Positions 23,141 to 35,963 are shown, counted from the whole stretch's first letter. The stretch is 62,194 nt of DNA, filler included, from Pirum gemmata (GCA_002812295.1; 15 parts of 15 records of this genome joined end to end with filler, not necessarily neighbours in it), one strand, 5' to 3'. The notes: generated from the letters alone by a model not told the origin. Translations and numbers: made by a program.

Positions 23141-23182
<42 letters not shown>

Positions 23183-23534
23183 AATATGTATATGTGTGTG
23201 TAGGTGTGTTTGTGTGTGTATGCGTTTGTTTGTTTGTTTGTGGGGTGGGAGGTTAATAATGTCTGTTATGGATTTATTCCTTATTGCTTATTGCTTATTG
23301 TTTACTGTCTATTACTTATGACTTATTTCTTATTGCGCTTACTTATTACTTGTTACTTATTACTTGTTACTTATTACTTGTTACTTATTATTTATTATTT
23401 ATTATTTATTATTTATTACTTATTATTTGCTATTTGTTTTTTATTATTTATTTTTTATTATTTATTTTGATTTTTGATTATCTTTAAGCATTAATCATTC
23501 GTTTGTTATTTTCTTTTTATTTATATTTCTGTAG

Positions 23535-23646
23535 TGCTGATGTAATGCTCAATAGGTTAGTTAAAAAGACAAATGATACTATACAGGATAAAATCAACTA
23601 TAATATGAAGAAAATGATATCTAAGCTTGAAAAACATGGATACCAT
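23535..23646 (+). CDS. Exon 2 of the 22228 gene (function unknown)
   Basis: TAG acceptor, phase-compatible with exon 1 (AG|T = Ser). ADVMLNRLVKKTNDTIQDKINYNMKKMISKLEKHGYH, then GTAATT donor. Confidence 0.65.
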
Positions 23647-25472
23647 GTAATTAATAGTTTGCTGCCATTTATATTTATTGCATTGTTATTCGCATCGTTT
23701 ATTATTGTTATTATATTAGCATTGTTGTTTTATTTTGCAATTTATCTTTTTATTATTATTTTCATTTATTATCATATTATTATNNNNNNNNNNNNNNNNN
23801 NNNNNNNNNNNNNNNNNNNNNNNNNNNTTAATTAATTAANNNNNNNNNNNNNNNNNNNNNNNNNNNNNNNNNNNNNNNNNNNNCATATCATCCCCCAACT
23901 TTATATCAACCACCAACTCCGTATCAACCACCAACCCCATATATATCAACCCCCAACCCCCTTTTAAATTATTTATTGAGAAAGGTCCAGTTTCTCGGAA
24001 AGGTATCGAGTTCGAAAATATGACCACTATATAATATTATGATCTAGTGACGTTAAATATCTACAATTAATTGACCAATTAATTATATTTTTATAGGAGT
24101 AATTAGGTTAGGGTAGTTGTTAGGGTAGTGTCAGGGTGTAGGGTTGGGGTTGACGTTTTCCTAACCCTATGACATATCACAGAGGGGTCTATGACAAAAT
24201 TTATTTTATAACTACATATCACATGTACAATAACATCATGTATTTTAAATGTACAAAATTAATAGTTACTAGTGTGTGGTTTTAAAGTAAGTGATTCTAG
24301 TTACGCTTTCTACTACACAAAAAAATTCATCAAGTTGCCCAGCTATCCATAAGAATAATTTTCAGCTAGCTATAGAGAGAGTTTTTTACAGTTTTTTTTT
24401 TTTCAGGTTGAACATAATATCGTATACATATAATAAATACTGTAAAAGAGTTTTTTTTTTTGATACAAATATATATAATGTAAATAGTGTCAGAAGACTC
24501 AGACAACAAGCAGAAGGATAAATATATAATATATGAGCAATATAATATATAAAGACAATATTACAAAGTAAACAATTAGAACTATGATTAGCGATTTTAT
24601 AATTGTAGATGGCCAACATTTTTATGTGTTATACTAACATGAATTATAACAAACACTAACACTAACACTAACGCAATCTTTAACACTAGCACTAACACGA
24701 GCACTAACACTAATCATAACACTAATTATAACAGTTTATAACACTAATAATAATAATAATATTCGATCAATCATAATGATAATCATAATATAATTATAAA
24801 ACAACAATATTATAACAATAATACATATTATATAACATGTACTTGTGTGTATACAATAACAATTGATAACACTGAACACTTCCGTCATCTGGTAGTTCAG
24901 ATCGTGATCCTTGATTTGTCATTGACGCAAAACTGACGCAATCATCCTCTGATAATATTATGCATTCTCCTAGTATTCTCCTACCATTTTAATTAAACAC
25001 AATAGTGTGGGATAACAGAGACCAAAACCAGTTGCCTATTAATGGCCACGAACAGAAATACAAACATCATGACCCTCTTGAAAATTTCCGTCATCTGGTA
25101 GTTCAGATCGTGAGTTTTGATCACTCCCTCCACAACCCCGCCAAAAATACAACCCCCCATTTCTATTCACACTGGTAGTAAAACGACTCACTTCATCGTA
25201 GTTTAAAGTAGTAATATCCGGACTTCTTAATGTTGACAGAATTTAAAAATGTCAAATTAAATATTATAACCAACCAAATAAATATTCAGAGTGACAAAAT
25301 AAATGAAAAGCACAATAATATTATTAAAAACAGTTACGTAACTAAAATTTTTTTTAGCTACAAAGTGAGGAAATAGCACAAAGAAAAATGTTACCGTTCT
25401 TGAACCTTTATTTTTTTCCCAAAATGTTTTGTTATATTGAATACCCTTTTAGTTTATTTTTGTTTTTGAATC

Positions 25473-26720
25473 ATGTCAAAGCTTAAAAAAGGTGTTTTAA
25501 AATGTTTTTGTCCGTGCTAGTTTGACATCCTAGAGTTCCCAGAAGATACTTAATTTACAAAAAAACAATATAAAACCAGATACTAAGCTCTATGGTTTTA
25601 TTAAAAAAGTAAAAGAAAAACGTTCTGTGTGATTACTTTGAAATCGATGGTCAAGAGGAAGAGGTCGATATAGAACATATCAAAACTTTTACCAGAAGTG
25701 GTGCCGTACAAGCTGGTTACCGGCGAAAAAATTAAAGAAAAACACAAGAGGAAAAAATGATGTCATTGCTGGGACCGAGGAAGAAGAAGAACCTTCAGAA
25801 TCTTCTAATTCAGATGGTGAGGTAGAATTACCTTTTAAAAAGCCTGTGATTGCTAGGAATCAAAGAAAAGACGTGAACCATGGTTTTGCAACCAAAGTGA
25901 TAGTGATTATATGAATAGTGCCGATGAAGAGGAAGAGATTGTCGATTCTCAAGGTGAAACAGGTAGTAGTACCAGTGAGGCTGATACGGAATGGAACAGA
26001 TTACTTAACTTCGAATGAAGTTTTTGAAGTAACTGACAACCAAAGTTACACCTTCATGCTTACAACTTTAAAAAAGAAAACGATTTTTTTATGTATTTCT
26101 TACCTGTTGATTACATAAGTGAAATTGTTATACCTTGTACTGATAATTATGCGTGCGTTTACGATAGTATTTAGAAAATTTTAACTGAATCAGAATTTTA
26201 TAGACGGTAAGGGCTTTGGTGCTATATGTTAGTTGCCAATACTGGTGACCGACGAAAGTATTTGAGTAAGATTGATGATGACGATACTTTTAACCTTAAT
26301 TAACTTTCGGAAATATATGGCTAAGAATAGGTTTGAAGATATATTGTGTTACCTAAGGTTAGATGATGAAAATGATGCTAAACGAGAACCTACGATTCTA
26401 TTCAAAGAGTTTTTGGCAGCGTTGGTTTTAGTGTACCAAAGTGCTGTAGTCATGCATACACTCTAAAAATATTTATTCAAAAAAGAAAAGGAAAGCAAAA
26501 CCGAGAGGTATAGGTACTCTAACTAAAAATCTATGTTGTGGTATTACTATGATTGTAATTAACATGAAGTTGGTTGAAAATGAAACTATACAAGAAAACA
26601 AAGAGTTTGCTAAAGAACATGGGTCTGCTATTGCTACAACACTAGTACTACATTTAGCAAAGCCTTATTATAGTACTGGGATAACATTGTGTACTGATAG
26701 TTGGTTTGGTTTCCCATAAC
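25473..26720 (+). mobile_element. Decayed piggyBac-like transposase (N-terminal acidic region and part of the DDD core)
   Basis: FRKYMAKNRFEDILCYLRL, KRKAKPRGIG, KEFAKEHGSAIATTL and AKPYYSTGITLCTDSWFG are motifs typical of DDE_Tnp_1_7. Many stops and frameshifts. Confidence 0.85.
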
Positions 26721-27788
26721 CTTGTTGGTAACAATAGCAGGCAAAGAAACAGATGATGTTAAAGAATCTACTAGATTCCAGAGATTGAAATTGGAAATCT
26801 ACTAGATTCCAGAGATTGAAATTGGAGATGTCATATTGTAAAGTTGAAAATAAAAACAAAGTTTCAAAACCTTCTTACAAGCAATGTATAAGTTGTATAC
26901 AATGTATATATACCAAGAAATATAATAAAAACAGGTAAGAAGTGTTTATTTAAAAGTCATTTTACTTTTCCGTTATTTTTATCCGATCAGATATTAGCCT
27001 TGATCTGATTGGATATTTTGGCTGGTCGTATTATCATATGATTAATTTATCATTTAGTTTGTAGTTTTTTAACATTCTACACTATTGCGGAGTCGTTGGA
27101 AATACTTTTAAAGATTTTTTTCTTATTAGTTGTATAAGAAAAATGTAGAGTTTTGGACTCTTAATCTGTTAAAAAATGAAAAATTGTTATTTTAATAAGT
27201 AATGATTTTAGTTAACAGATTAAGAGTCCAAACTCTACATTTTTTTTGTACAACTAATCATGGAGAAAAGAAAAGGGTGGGCTCAGTTAAATGACATAAT
27301 GTTCTTCTGTCTCTGTTAATTAGCTGGTGCCAAAAAGCTCTTTAAGTATGTGTTGTAAATTAGTTCCAACATTCTTCTTCTACTAGTACTAGTACTAATA
27401 CTAGTACTACCTCTCCTACTACCACTACCACTACCACTACCACTACCACTATTACTATTACTACAACTACTACTACCACCACCACCACTAATACTACTGC
27501 TACTATTACTACTACTACTATTAATACTACTACTANNNNNNNNNNNNNNNNNNNNNNNNNNNNNNNNNNNNNNNNNNNNTTAATTAATTAANNNNNNNNN
27601 NNNNNNNNNNNNNNNNNNNNNNNNNNNNNNNNNNNAAAATGTCAATTTAAAGATTATAAACCTCCAAATAAATATTTAGCGTGACAAAATAAATTAAAAG
27701 AGTTTATAATATTACTTACGTCAACAAAGAGTTGTTAACGTTGTTCATCAGGTTCCCTCTAGGTGCACCAGTGGATACAACAACAGTA

Positions 27789-27923
27789 CCCTAACCCTAA
27801 CCCTAACCCTAATTATAACCCTAACCCTAACCCTAACCCTAACCCTAACTAACCCTAATTATAACCCTAACCCTAACCCTAACCCTAACCCTAACCCTAA
27901 CCCTAACCCTAACCCTAACCCTA
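27789..27923. repeat. Interstitial (CCCTAA)n array
   Basis: Direct reading. Bracketed by similar TACAAC(C)AACAGTACC sequences on both sides. Confidence 0.9.
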
Positions 27924-28397
27924 CAACCAACAGTACCAGATGGTTGACAAAAATTTATAACTATATATATTATTATATTATATTATATATGATATGATAT
28001 TATATCAAAAGATATCCTTGGTACTATACAACGTAAAAGCAGACTATAGAAGGGGAGGGGGTCTACTAGCTAGTATTTGACCGGAAATTAATTAACGTCG
28101 AGGGGTAGGTAGGTAGGAGTGTTTGAAGCTGTATTTGATAGTATTTGACCGGAAATTAATAATTAATGTCGAGGGGTAGGTAGGTAGGAGACTAGGAGTG
28201 TTTGAAGCTGTATTTCAACGTTTCCTCAATGGCTACTATGATATAGAGAGCCATAGATGATATCTGTAGCTAATCACGTGACTCACATCACAATTCCCTC
28301 TAAAAAGACCCGGTTCCCGGTTCATAGATCAAGTGCTTCGAATATTTACAAGAGTTTTACAAGTATTTTTTTTTACATAAGGGTAACGGGTTAGGGT

Positions 28398-28668
28398 CAG
28401 TGATGTCAAGGTCCGTCGGGCAAAGCACTTTTTCAATGTTCGTCCGGCTTCGGACATGTCCGAGAAACTTTACGGACGCCCGGGCATCTGGTCGGACGGG
28501 CCCGAAATTTTACTCGGGCAAAAATCCAAAAATACTTAGGGTTAGGATTAGGGCTAGCTAGGGTTAGGGTCTGGTTACTTTCGGGGTCCGAAAGCAAAGT
28601 TTTTTCGGGGCCCGACTGCCGAACCGAACGGACACGGACAAGAAGGAAGGTCGGACCTGACATCACTG
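28398..28668. mobile_element. hAT-like MITE, 271 bp, inserted in TTAGGG repeat
   Basis: TIR CAGTGATGTCA(A)GGTCCG / CGGACCTGACATCACTG; 8-bp TSD GTTAGGGT; many CGGAC/CGGGC subterminal motifs. Confidence 0.9.
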
Positions 28669-28888
28669 GTTAGGGTTAGGTTTTTAATTATTATGCATAA
28701 AAAAAAAAAAAAATTGTAAACAATAATTAATTAAAATTAAAATCCAATTATAAAAAAGGTATTTTTATACATTGGAAGAGATTCTAGACTAAAGAGTGTA
28801 GTAGTGTGAGCTGATGAGTGTAGTCACTGTAGTCACGTGTAGTGTGTGGCTGTGTGCCTCGAATAAGTTCTCGAAAATTATACTAATA

Positions 28889-29040
28889 GGGAACGCTCAA
28901 ACAATACATCACGTCAAGGGGTAGGTAGGTAGGTGGTATTTGACCGGAAATTAACGTCAAGGGGTAGGTAGGTAGGTAGGGGTATTTGAAGCTGTATTTG
29001 ACTAGAAATTGGCGTTATCTAGTAGTGTTTGAACGCTCCG
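28889..29040. mobile_element. Harbinger-like MITE, same subfamily as 2755-2899
   Basis: TIR GGGAACGCTCAAACA / TGTTTGAACGCTCCG; internal sequence nearly the same as 2755-2899. Confidence 0.8.
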
Positions 29041-29494
29041 ATCAAAAAATTCAATAAAAATGTTTACCACTTTTACAGTGTTTACACCAGTAACACCACA
29101 ACTTCCACAACTTCCACAAGAAAGATTGGATCTGGTTCTGATCTGAACTAGTCTCCTGGACTTCTACTGGAGTAGCGAGATCAAATAGTTTGTTAAATAG
29201 TTGATCTATCATTATTAATTTATTATATCATATTATTAATTTATTATCTCAGTGATAATAGTGATAATAGTAGTCTATTACTTGTAAATTGTAATACTCT
29301 GCATTATTATCTTTTTTTATCATACCCGGTATGATATTACTCTGCATTATTATCTTTTTTTATCATACCCGGTATGATATTAAGGAGCGTTTAATAATTA
29401 CGTAACGCCAATTTGCGGCAAAAACAGTGCANNNNNNNNNNNNNNNNNNNNNNNNNNNNNNNNNNNNNNNNNNNNNNNNNNNNNNNNNAAATAG

Positions 29495-29683
29495 TATAGT
29501 GCTTTTCAGTTGTTTTGTCATCATAAAATATACAATAGATAGTACCAAATTAATATGATATAAATCCATTTAATTTAATTTGGTATACTTTATTATCTTC
29601 ATATTGATTTAAAAATGACAGTTTAAATATTATAACCCTCCAAATAAATATTTAGAGTGACAAAATAAATGAAAAGCACAATA
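29495..29683 (-). mobile_element. MITE family B, full copy
   Basis: TATAGTGCTTTTCA ... TGAAAAGCACAATA; reverse complement of 3172-3350. Confidence 0.85.
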
Positions 29684-29881
29684 CCCTAAATTATTAATAA
29701 TACCTTAAGGACTTCAAAAAAAATTTTGGAAGTCCTTGGTCTAATGACTTCTAATGAATACCTACACTATACCTACCCCAGCTCCTACCCCCTAGCTAGG
29801 GAGCGTTCAATAATTACGTAACGCCAATCCTTTAAAAAATTCGACAATTAATTAATTAAACTGTAATTACGTTTGTATTAT

Positions 29882-30853
29882 TCATTGAATTATGAGATAC
29901 TGCATGCTGTTTAGAATCTGATGTTGATTGTAATTGTTGGGCTGACATCGAACTTTTATTACTTTCAGTTGATTTAGAAGTTGCTGAGTCTTTATACGAA
30001 GCATAAAACCATATGCAATGGCATTAAAAACACCACCGAAATTGGCTACAAAAACATTTAAACACGTGACTTCAAAATTCTGAATTCCGGTGGCATAAAC
30101 AAAAGAATTATATGCAAAATAAGGTGACCATTGAACGATGTATATCAAAACGAAGAAGTTCATTCTTTTAATAGCTCTTTCGGATTTTCGGTTTTTTTTG
30201 TCTTTTCCTGAAAGCTGTCCTTGAACCATTTTTTCCTTTTGGTAAAGAGTATAAGACACCCAACTATAACAAATAATGGATATGACAATACAAGAAAAAA
30301 TCCATCCTAAATTATAGAAAATACTAGAAAATAACATTCCTCCTTCTTGACCCCTTGCTGCACACCATGCGCCTGCGTTTCCATAACCATCATAAAAAAA
30401 CGGAATAAACCCAACACCCCAAGACGACGCAAACAAAACTAAATGCAATTTCCACAAATAAAACCCAAAATATTTATTATCAAAAGTCTTCTCTCTTACG
30501 ATTATATTGAATATGTAAATTGAAGTAGCAATAACAGCGCAAGCGTTATAATTAGCTCCAACAACAGATCCAAAGCCCAAAAATTTACACCAGGCACCTG
30601 TAGCAACATAATCAGTATGAATACTTGTAATGTTATCCATTATGTTCATAAGACCAAATGTTAAATCACCAATACATATCAAGAGTGGGAAATATTTTAT
30701 AGGAGGCATCACAGTTTTAGCATTAACATGAAGCTGATATGTTTTGTATACAATCCATGTTGAACCAATAACACTTAAAATGATAGACACAATCCCAAGA
30801 GAATGGATAGTTTTCCATTGTCCCTCGGTCATTCCAGCGTACATTACATTCAT
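29882..30853 (-). CDS. Intronless 7TM GPCR, cAMP-receptor-like / Git3-like (CAR class)
   Basis: Seven hydrophobic segments; motifs LSVIGS.WIV, L.IGDL, WCKFLGF, YGNAGAWC, KRMNFFVLIYIVQWSP and GVFNAIAYG. The C-terminal tail is probably frameshifted near 29995. Confidence 0.88.
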   Translation of the reverse strand: MNVMYAGMTEGQWKTIHSLGIVSIILSVIGSTWIVYKTYQLHVNAKTVMPPIKYFPLLICIGDLTFGLMNIMDNITSIHTDYVATGAWCKFLGFGSVVGANYNACAVIATSIYIFNIIVREKTFDNKYFGFYLWKLHLVLFASSWGVGFIPFFYDGYGNAGAWCAARGQEGGMLFSSIFYNLGWIFSCIVISIICYSWVSYTLYQKEKMVQGQLSGKDKKNRKSERAIKRMNFFVLIYIVQWSPYFAYNSFVYATGIQNFEVTCLNVFVANFGGVFNAIAYGFMLRIKTQQLLNQLKVIKVRCQPNNYNQHQILNSMQYLIIQ

Positions 30854-30860
30854 TGTTGAA

Positions 30861-31130
30861 ATATTGTTGATAAATTGTTGTTTGATAAGTTATATATTAA
30901 TTTATAAAAAAGTTGTCTGGAACTTTATTTTGTAATATTATAATGAGGTTTAAATAAAAATTTTTGATTTTCTTACATTTTGTATAAGAGAGCAGAGAAA
31001 GACAACAATATGAATATGAAAAAAAAAGTGTTGATATATTGTTGATAAAAAATGTTGTTTGATAATTTATATATTAATTTATAAAAATGTTGTCTGGATC
31101 TTTATTTACATATTATTATAATGAGTTTTT
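30861..31130. repeat. Duplicated block of about 90 bp just upstream of the GPCR start codon
   Basis: ATATTGTTGATAAA..TGTTGTTTGATAA.TTATATATTAATTTATAAAAA.GTTGTCTGGA.CTTTATTT...TATAATGAG at about 30861-30950 and 31036-31128. Confidence 0.85.
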
Positions 31131-31714
31131 TAAAGAGAAAAAAATAAATAATACAATTTTTTAATTTTTTTTTTAAAAAAAAAAATGATTTTCCCACTAT
31201 TTTTTAATTAATATATAATATAATAATTTAAAAGGTTGGGCTCGGGTGTTATAAATATACCAATTAGAGTAGACGCCTATAGTTTTTTTTTTTTTTTTNN
31301 NNNNNNNNNNNNNNNNNNNNNNNNNNNNNNNNNNNNNNNNNNTTAATTAATTAANNNNNNNNNNNNNNNNNNNNNNNNNNNNNNNNNNNNNNNNNNNNGT
31401 GTGTGTGTGTGGCCAGTGTATTGTTCACCATAAAAGAAGCGAAATCACATTTTAAAAAAATACTAGAAAATATATAATATATAATATATATAAACATTTA
31501 TTGAAATACACTTGGAAAAAAATTGGAATTCCAAATGGAGCTGGTCTCAAAAAAAAAAGAAAAACCCCATAAATAGGTAAAATGAAAGACTAGGTAACAA
31601 AACCCGGGGGTTGCTAATCAATGTAAAATGGTAAATCAATGACTCGTCTAAAAACATTATATCTACTTTGGTTCTTGTTTATTAATTATTCCCGGACACG
31701 TTATTGGTGTATAC

Positions 31715-31862
31715 TTTGATAATGATATCAACAAATTAGGTGTTTCTCATAGCAAATGGTATGAGAAACACCTTATTTGTTGACACCATTAGTCAAACGG
31801 TAAAATATTCTTTGTTTATGAATGATTAATCACGCATGTATATAAAGAAGAATTTACCGTTT
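31715..31862. ncRNA. Two adjacent imperfect hairpins, candidate small-RNA precursors
   Basis: Hairpin 1 (31715-31797) has 32-bp core arms with 3 mismatches and an 8-nt loop. Hairpin 2 (31795-31862) is closed by AAACGGTAAA/TTTACCGTTT. No expression evidence. Confidence 0.3.
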
Positions 31863-32765
31863 CTAAAATATTGAAAACCACGTATATATTTGGTAATTTA
31901 TAATATACATACATATATAATATAGATAAAGAATTTCGATTTCTGTTTTATTAAGTAAAACTTTATGTTGATGTGTTGATTGATTGATTATTTTCAATAT
32001 TTGAAACTTGCGATTTGTATTTATTGTAAATGCATTATTGTTTATATAATAGTGCTAAGTATTAATTGTAAATTTCATTATTGTGTATTATATAGTGCTA
32101 AATTAATTACATTGATGTAATGATGTATTGATGGATTAATATCTCAAAATTTGAAAAGTGTCATTTTTTATTTATTGTAAACAATGTATTACTGTAATAA
32201 TAAATGGTGTTATGTATGTGTGGGACCAAGTTGTTGGCTTTTCGGCACTTTTTTATATATAATTCTTAATTATGGCTTTTTGGAATCGATATACTTTTTA
32301 ATTTTATCATAATATATAGTATATAGATAGACTTTAGATAGATAGATGCTCATAACTGAGTCATAATAAAGATCAAGATTAAATAAAACTCTCAATATCG
32401 CTTAAAATACCGATACCTCGTAGCGACTCGTAGCGAAAGCGGTTTTTTTTTTCGTTTTTTTTTTAACCTATTTGTAGCTAGCTAGGAGGCTCAAAGTTTC
32501 AAACTTCAAACTTCAAACTATCCGGCCTACCCTCAGTTTTGTTTTGTTTTGTTTTTAGTTTTCTATAGTCCTATTATCGATAGCTACTAGCTATCATAGC
32601 TAGCAATAATCATTGCCACTCCTAGCTAGCTAGAGGCTGAAACGTCTTACCACTGGTAGTACAGTCTACTACTAGACTGGGGTCTACTTACTGCCACACT
32701 AGCTAGCTAGTATAGCAGTGACGGGCAAGTAGACTGACCAAAAATCCTTCCAAAGTCCAACGAGC

Positions 32766-32801
<36 letters not shown>

Positions 32802-33589
32802 CATTTTTATTTTCAATATTATTATTATTATTATTATTATTGCGTAATTGTCATTAATTAATCTATCATACTATTATGTTTTGGAATAACTCAACTCTTG
32901 GCTTGTTTTATAAAGTTTTAATAATGGATATATATATATATGATATTGGATGAATATAATATAAAATAAACTATAAAATACCTTTCTTCTCGACATTTTT
33001 TGAGCTCTGTAGCGTTTATGGTTGGCGAGAAATCGCCGCCGCGACATATATATGGGTAACCGGGCCGAAGTATCGACCCGGGCCGTCGCCCAATGCTTCA
33101 TATTTAGTTATTAAAATACTTTAAATGGTGTGCATTTACTAAACAAGCTGATTGTCCTATCCGACCTTTTTTAGGAAATGACATGACCACAACATTATTC
33201 CAAGGCACTGACTGTATTATTATCTTGGTATTATATTATGGTATATAAAAAGTATATAAAATCACTTTTTTTTAAAAAATGATACATCAGCGTGTGTGAG
33301 CCTGTGAGGTGTCACTCAGGTGTGTGAGAGCAAAAAGAAGCAAGTATTTTTAATCTAAATTAGGAAAAAAATAATCTAAATTAAGAAAAAATCCAAAAAA
33401 AGAAAAAAACTCGAAAGCTCGAATTTCTTAATTTTACATATGTTCGATACAAAAAAAAGTGGGCTCGACGTCCTCAAAAAAAAATTAATGTTTTGGGTTT
33501 TTTTTTGCGCAAAATGGGGCCGGCCCGGGCCGTCGTCCAATGCTTCATATATAGCCAATATCAAATTCTACAAGGCTTACTATAATGCT

Positions 33590-33730
33590 ATAATATTAGA
33601 AACAAAAGTTTTTTAAAAACAATATTTCTACAACAAAAGAACAACACACTAATTGCTAATCATAAACTATATATTATGAATTTATGATACTGTTATAAAA
33701 AGTACAACTAGCCAAAACCAAACGAGAATC
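33590..33730 (+). repeat. Dispersed repeat shared with about 42623-42735
   Basis: ATAATATTAGA.ACAAAAGTT...CAATATTT.TACAACAAAAGAACAA...AATTGCTA...AAGTACAAC on two different scaffolds. Confidence 0.7.
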
Positions 33731-34188
33731 ATATAATTGTATTACTTTATATATAAATAACCTATTATTTAATAATATGATAGAAAGAAAGAAAAAAAAA
33801 ATCTATCTCTTCACATTCTCTGTATGATAGCTCTACCTCCTATAGCTAGCTAGCTAGCTAGCTAGCAGGGACTCTAGCTAGTTAGACTCTAGAGCTAGCT
33901 GGGCTGAATTACTGGGCTGAATAGGCTGGATAGACTAGTAGAAAAAAAATACCTGATCTACTAGCAGCACGACGTGGGACAATTTTTGCTTGAAATCCTG
34001 TTTTTCGAGCTCTTTCTAATAATTTTCAAATTGTTGATAAACTTGCCAAAAAGGCAGAAAAAATGAGCAAAAAAAGCAAAAAAAGCAAAAAACTGTCAAA
34101 AACAGTCCAAGAAAACACAAGGATCAATTCGAAAATTTTAATTCGTTATCGATTGTAACAGTACCACCATATATGGCTACCCGGTAAT

Positions 34189-34259
<71 letters not shown>

Positions 34260-34784
34260 CTAGACCCGGGTCACTCCCGGGTCTACCAGTCTATGCAGTC
34301 TATCTAGCTACAGCTACAAGAATATCTAGCTAGTCTATCTATCTATCTATCTGAGTGTAGTCTGTAGCAGTTCTGTAGCTTAGAAAACTAAAAAAACTCC
34401 AAAAAAAAACTCAAAAAACTCGAAAAAAAAAAAAAAAAAAAAAAAAACCAAAAAAAAAAAATAGAAAAAACCTACAAAAAAAAAATACCTCTTTTTTGAC
34501 AAGGAGTGACACCCCTCCCCCATCCAGGGTCCCTCTCACTGAATTATCCTCACATATAAATTAATAAAAGAGGAGATAAGGGCAGTGTTAACGGTTAAAA
34601 AACGTCATTATCCATTGCTAGCGAGAGGTGGGGATTGAGAATTTTGAGATTGATGGTATCTAGCTAGCTAGTCAATAATGATAGTATAAATAAGTCAAGT
34701 ATTTTGTATTTCTGTTTGTGAAGGGTATTTATTATCTTTTCAAGAAAACATACAATTTTTTTTCTAACTAAACAATACGTAAAC

Positions 34785-34908
34785 ATGACTGTTATTGGAG
34801 AAGAACCTTGTGCTAAACGTGTCAAAGAAGACATTGAATGTAAATGTGTAAACGCAATCAGATGTTTATCCGCTGACTTACCTTCTGCTGCCAATTCTGG
34901 GCATCCAG
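34785..34908 (+). CDS. TKT: Transketolase, first exon
   Basis: MTVIGEEPCAKRVKEDIECKCVNAIRCLSADLPSAANSGHP(G) matches the transketolase N.IR.L..D....ANSGHPG signature (bacterial/fungal-type). G|GTAATA donor followed by an (AAT)n intron. Confidence 0.92.
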
Positions 34909-35077
34909 GTAATATCAATCACAATAGTACTAATAACAATAATAATAGCCATAATAATGCTAACAATAATATTGATAATAATGATAATAATGATAATAAT
35001 TATAATAATGATAGTAATGATAACAATGATAATAATGACAAAATGAAAATAATAATAATAATAATAATAATAATAAN

Positions 35078-35289
35078 GGTTTACCGACAAAGTCTATTTC
35101 TAATTATAATATTGTTGATGTGCTTTCGAGGCTTAAGAGCACGCCTACGATATTCTTGTTCGGCGATCGCTCGAGATGGTATAAGTTTTAACTTTAATGT
35201 TTGTAATAATATTATGATAATTAATGAGAATGACCTTGTAGACTTTATCTTTTAATGTTTATAATGATGATGATAATTATACTGTTATG
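35078..35289. repeat. 212-bp exact direct repeat of 36003-36214 (probable misassembly overlap)
   Basis: Both copies abut single-N joins (35077 and 36215). Confidence 0.9.
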
Positions 35290-35497
35290 AGAACGCAATG
35301 ACAAAAGAAGTTGGTTATTATTGTATATTGGCATATTTCATTGATTTTGATAAAAATGGTAGGAAAGAATATTAGCATAATGCTATAATTACTTTGGTAT
35401 TTGTGGCATAAATAAATTGGGGTGTATCCCTTTAACAATATGAGACTATCGATAATAAAATATTAATGAATTTTTTTGTCTTGGTATATCTGTGTAG

Positions 35498-35608
35498 GAG
35501 CAATAGAAAAGAAATTGAAGCAGTGAAAAAGAAAATAAGACAAAAGAACCACATATATATTGAAGAGATCGGGAATTCTAACGATTGCTTTCTAAGTGAA
35601 AAATCATG
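35498..35608 (+). CDS. KANSL3: KANSL3-like exon (end of the alpha/beta-hydrolase fold)
   Basis: TAG acceptor, GTATTT donor, phase 2-2. (W)SNRKEIEAVKKKIRQKNHIYIEEIGNSNDCFLSEKS; splices in frame after exon 35964-36103. Confidence 0.6.
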
Positions 35609-35753
35609 GTATTTTTATTGCATGAATATTGTTACCGATGTGTTTTGTTATTATCCATTTGGTTGTGTTATTATCCATTTGATTGTGTTACCGTCATTAT
35701 TCAAGTTGTTATTATATTATGCCATTATATTCTTTACTGTTTATTATTATTAA

Positions 35754-35789
<36 letters not shown>

Positions 35790-35963
35790 TATCATTGCTA
35801 TTATTATTATTATTATTAAGCTAAAACTCTAAATTTTTCTTTTTACTCAACTCACTCCCATTGTTTAAAGTTTTAAATACTTTATGAATAAATAATGGAT
35901 TGAGATTTTGAATACTTTTTTAATCATTTTCATTAATTATTTGAAATTATTTGAAATTCTTAG

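Noticed and set aside
23600..23646. Assignment of the 22228 gene to CCDC90/MCUR1 from YNMKKMISKLEKHGY
   Set aside because: The resemblance to FDTHALV..LE.HGF is too short and weak to support a name.
34909..35255. Asn-rich continuation of transketolase
   Set aside because: Read-through into the (AAT)n intron and across a single-N join.
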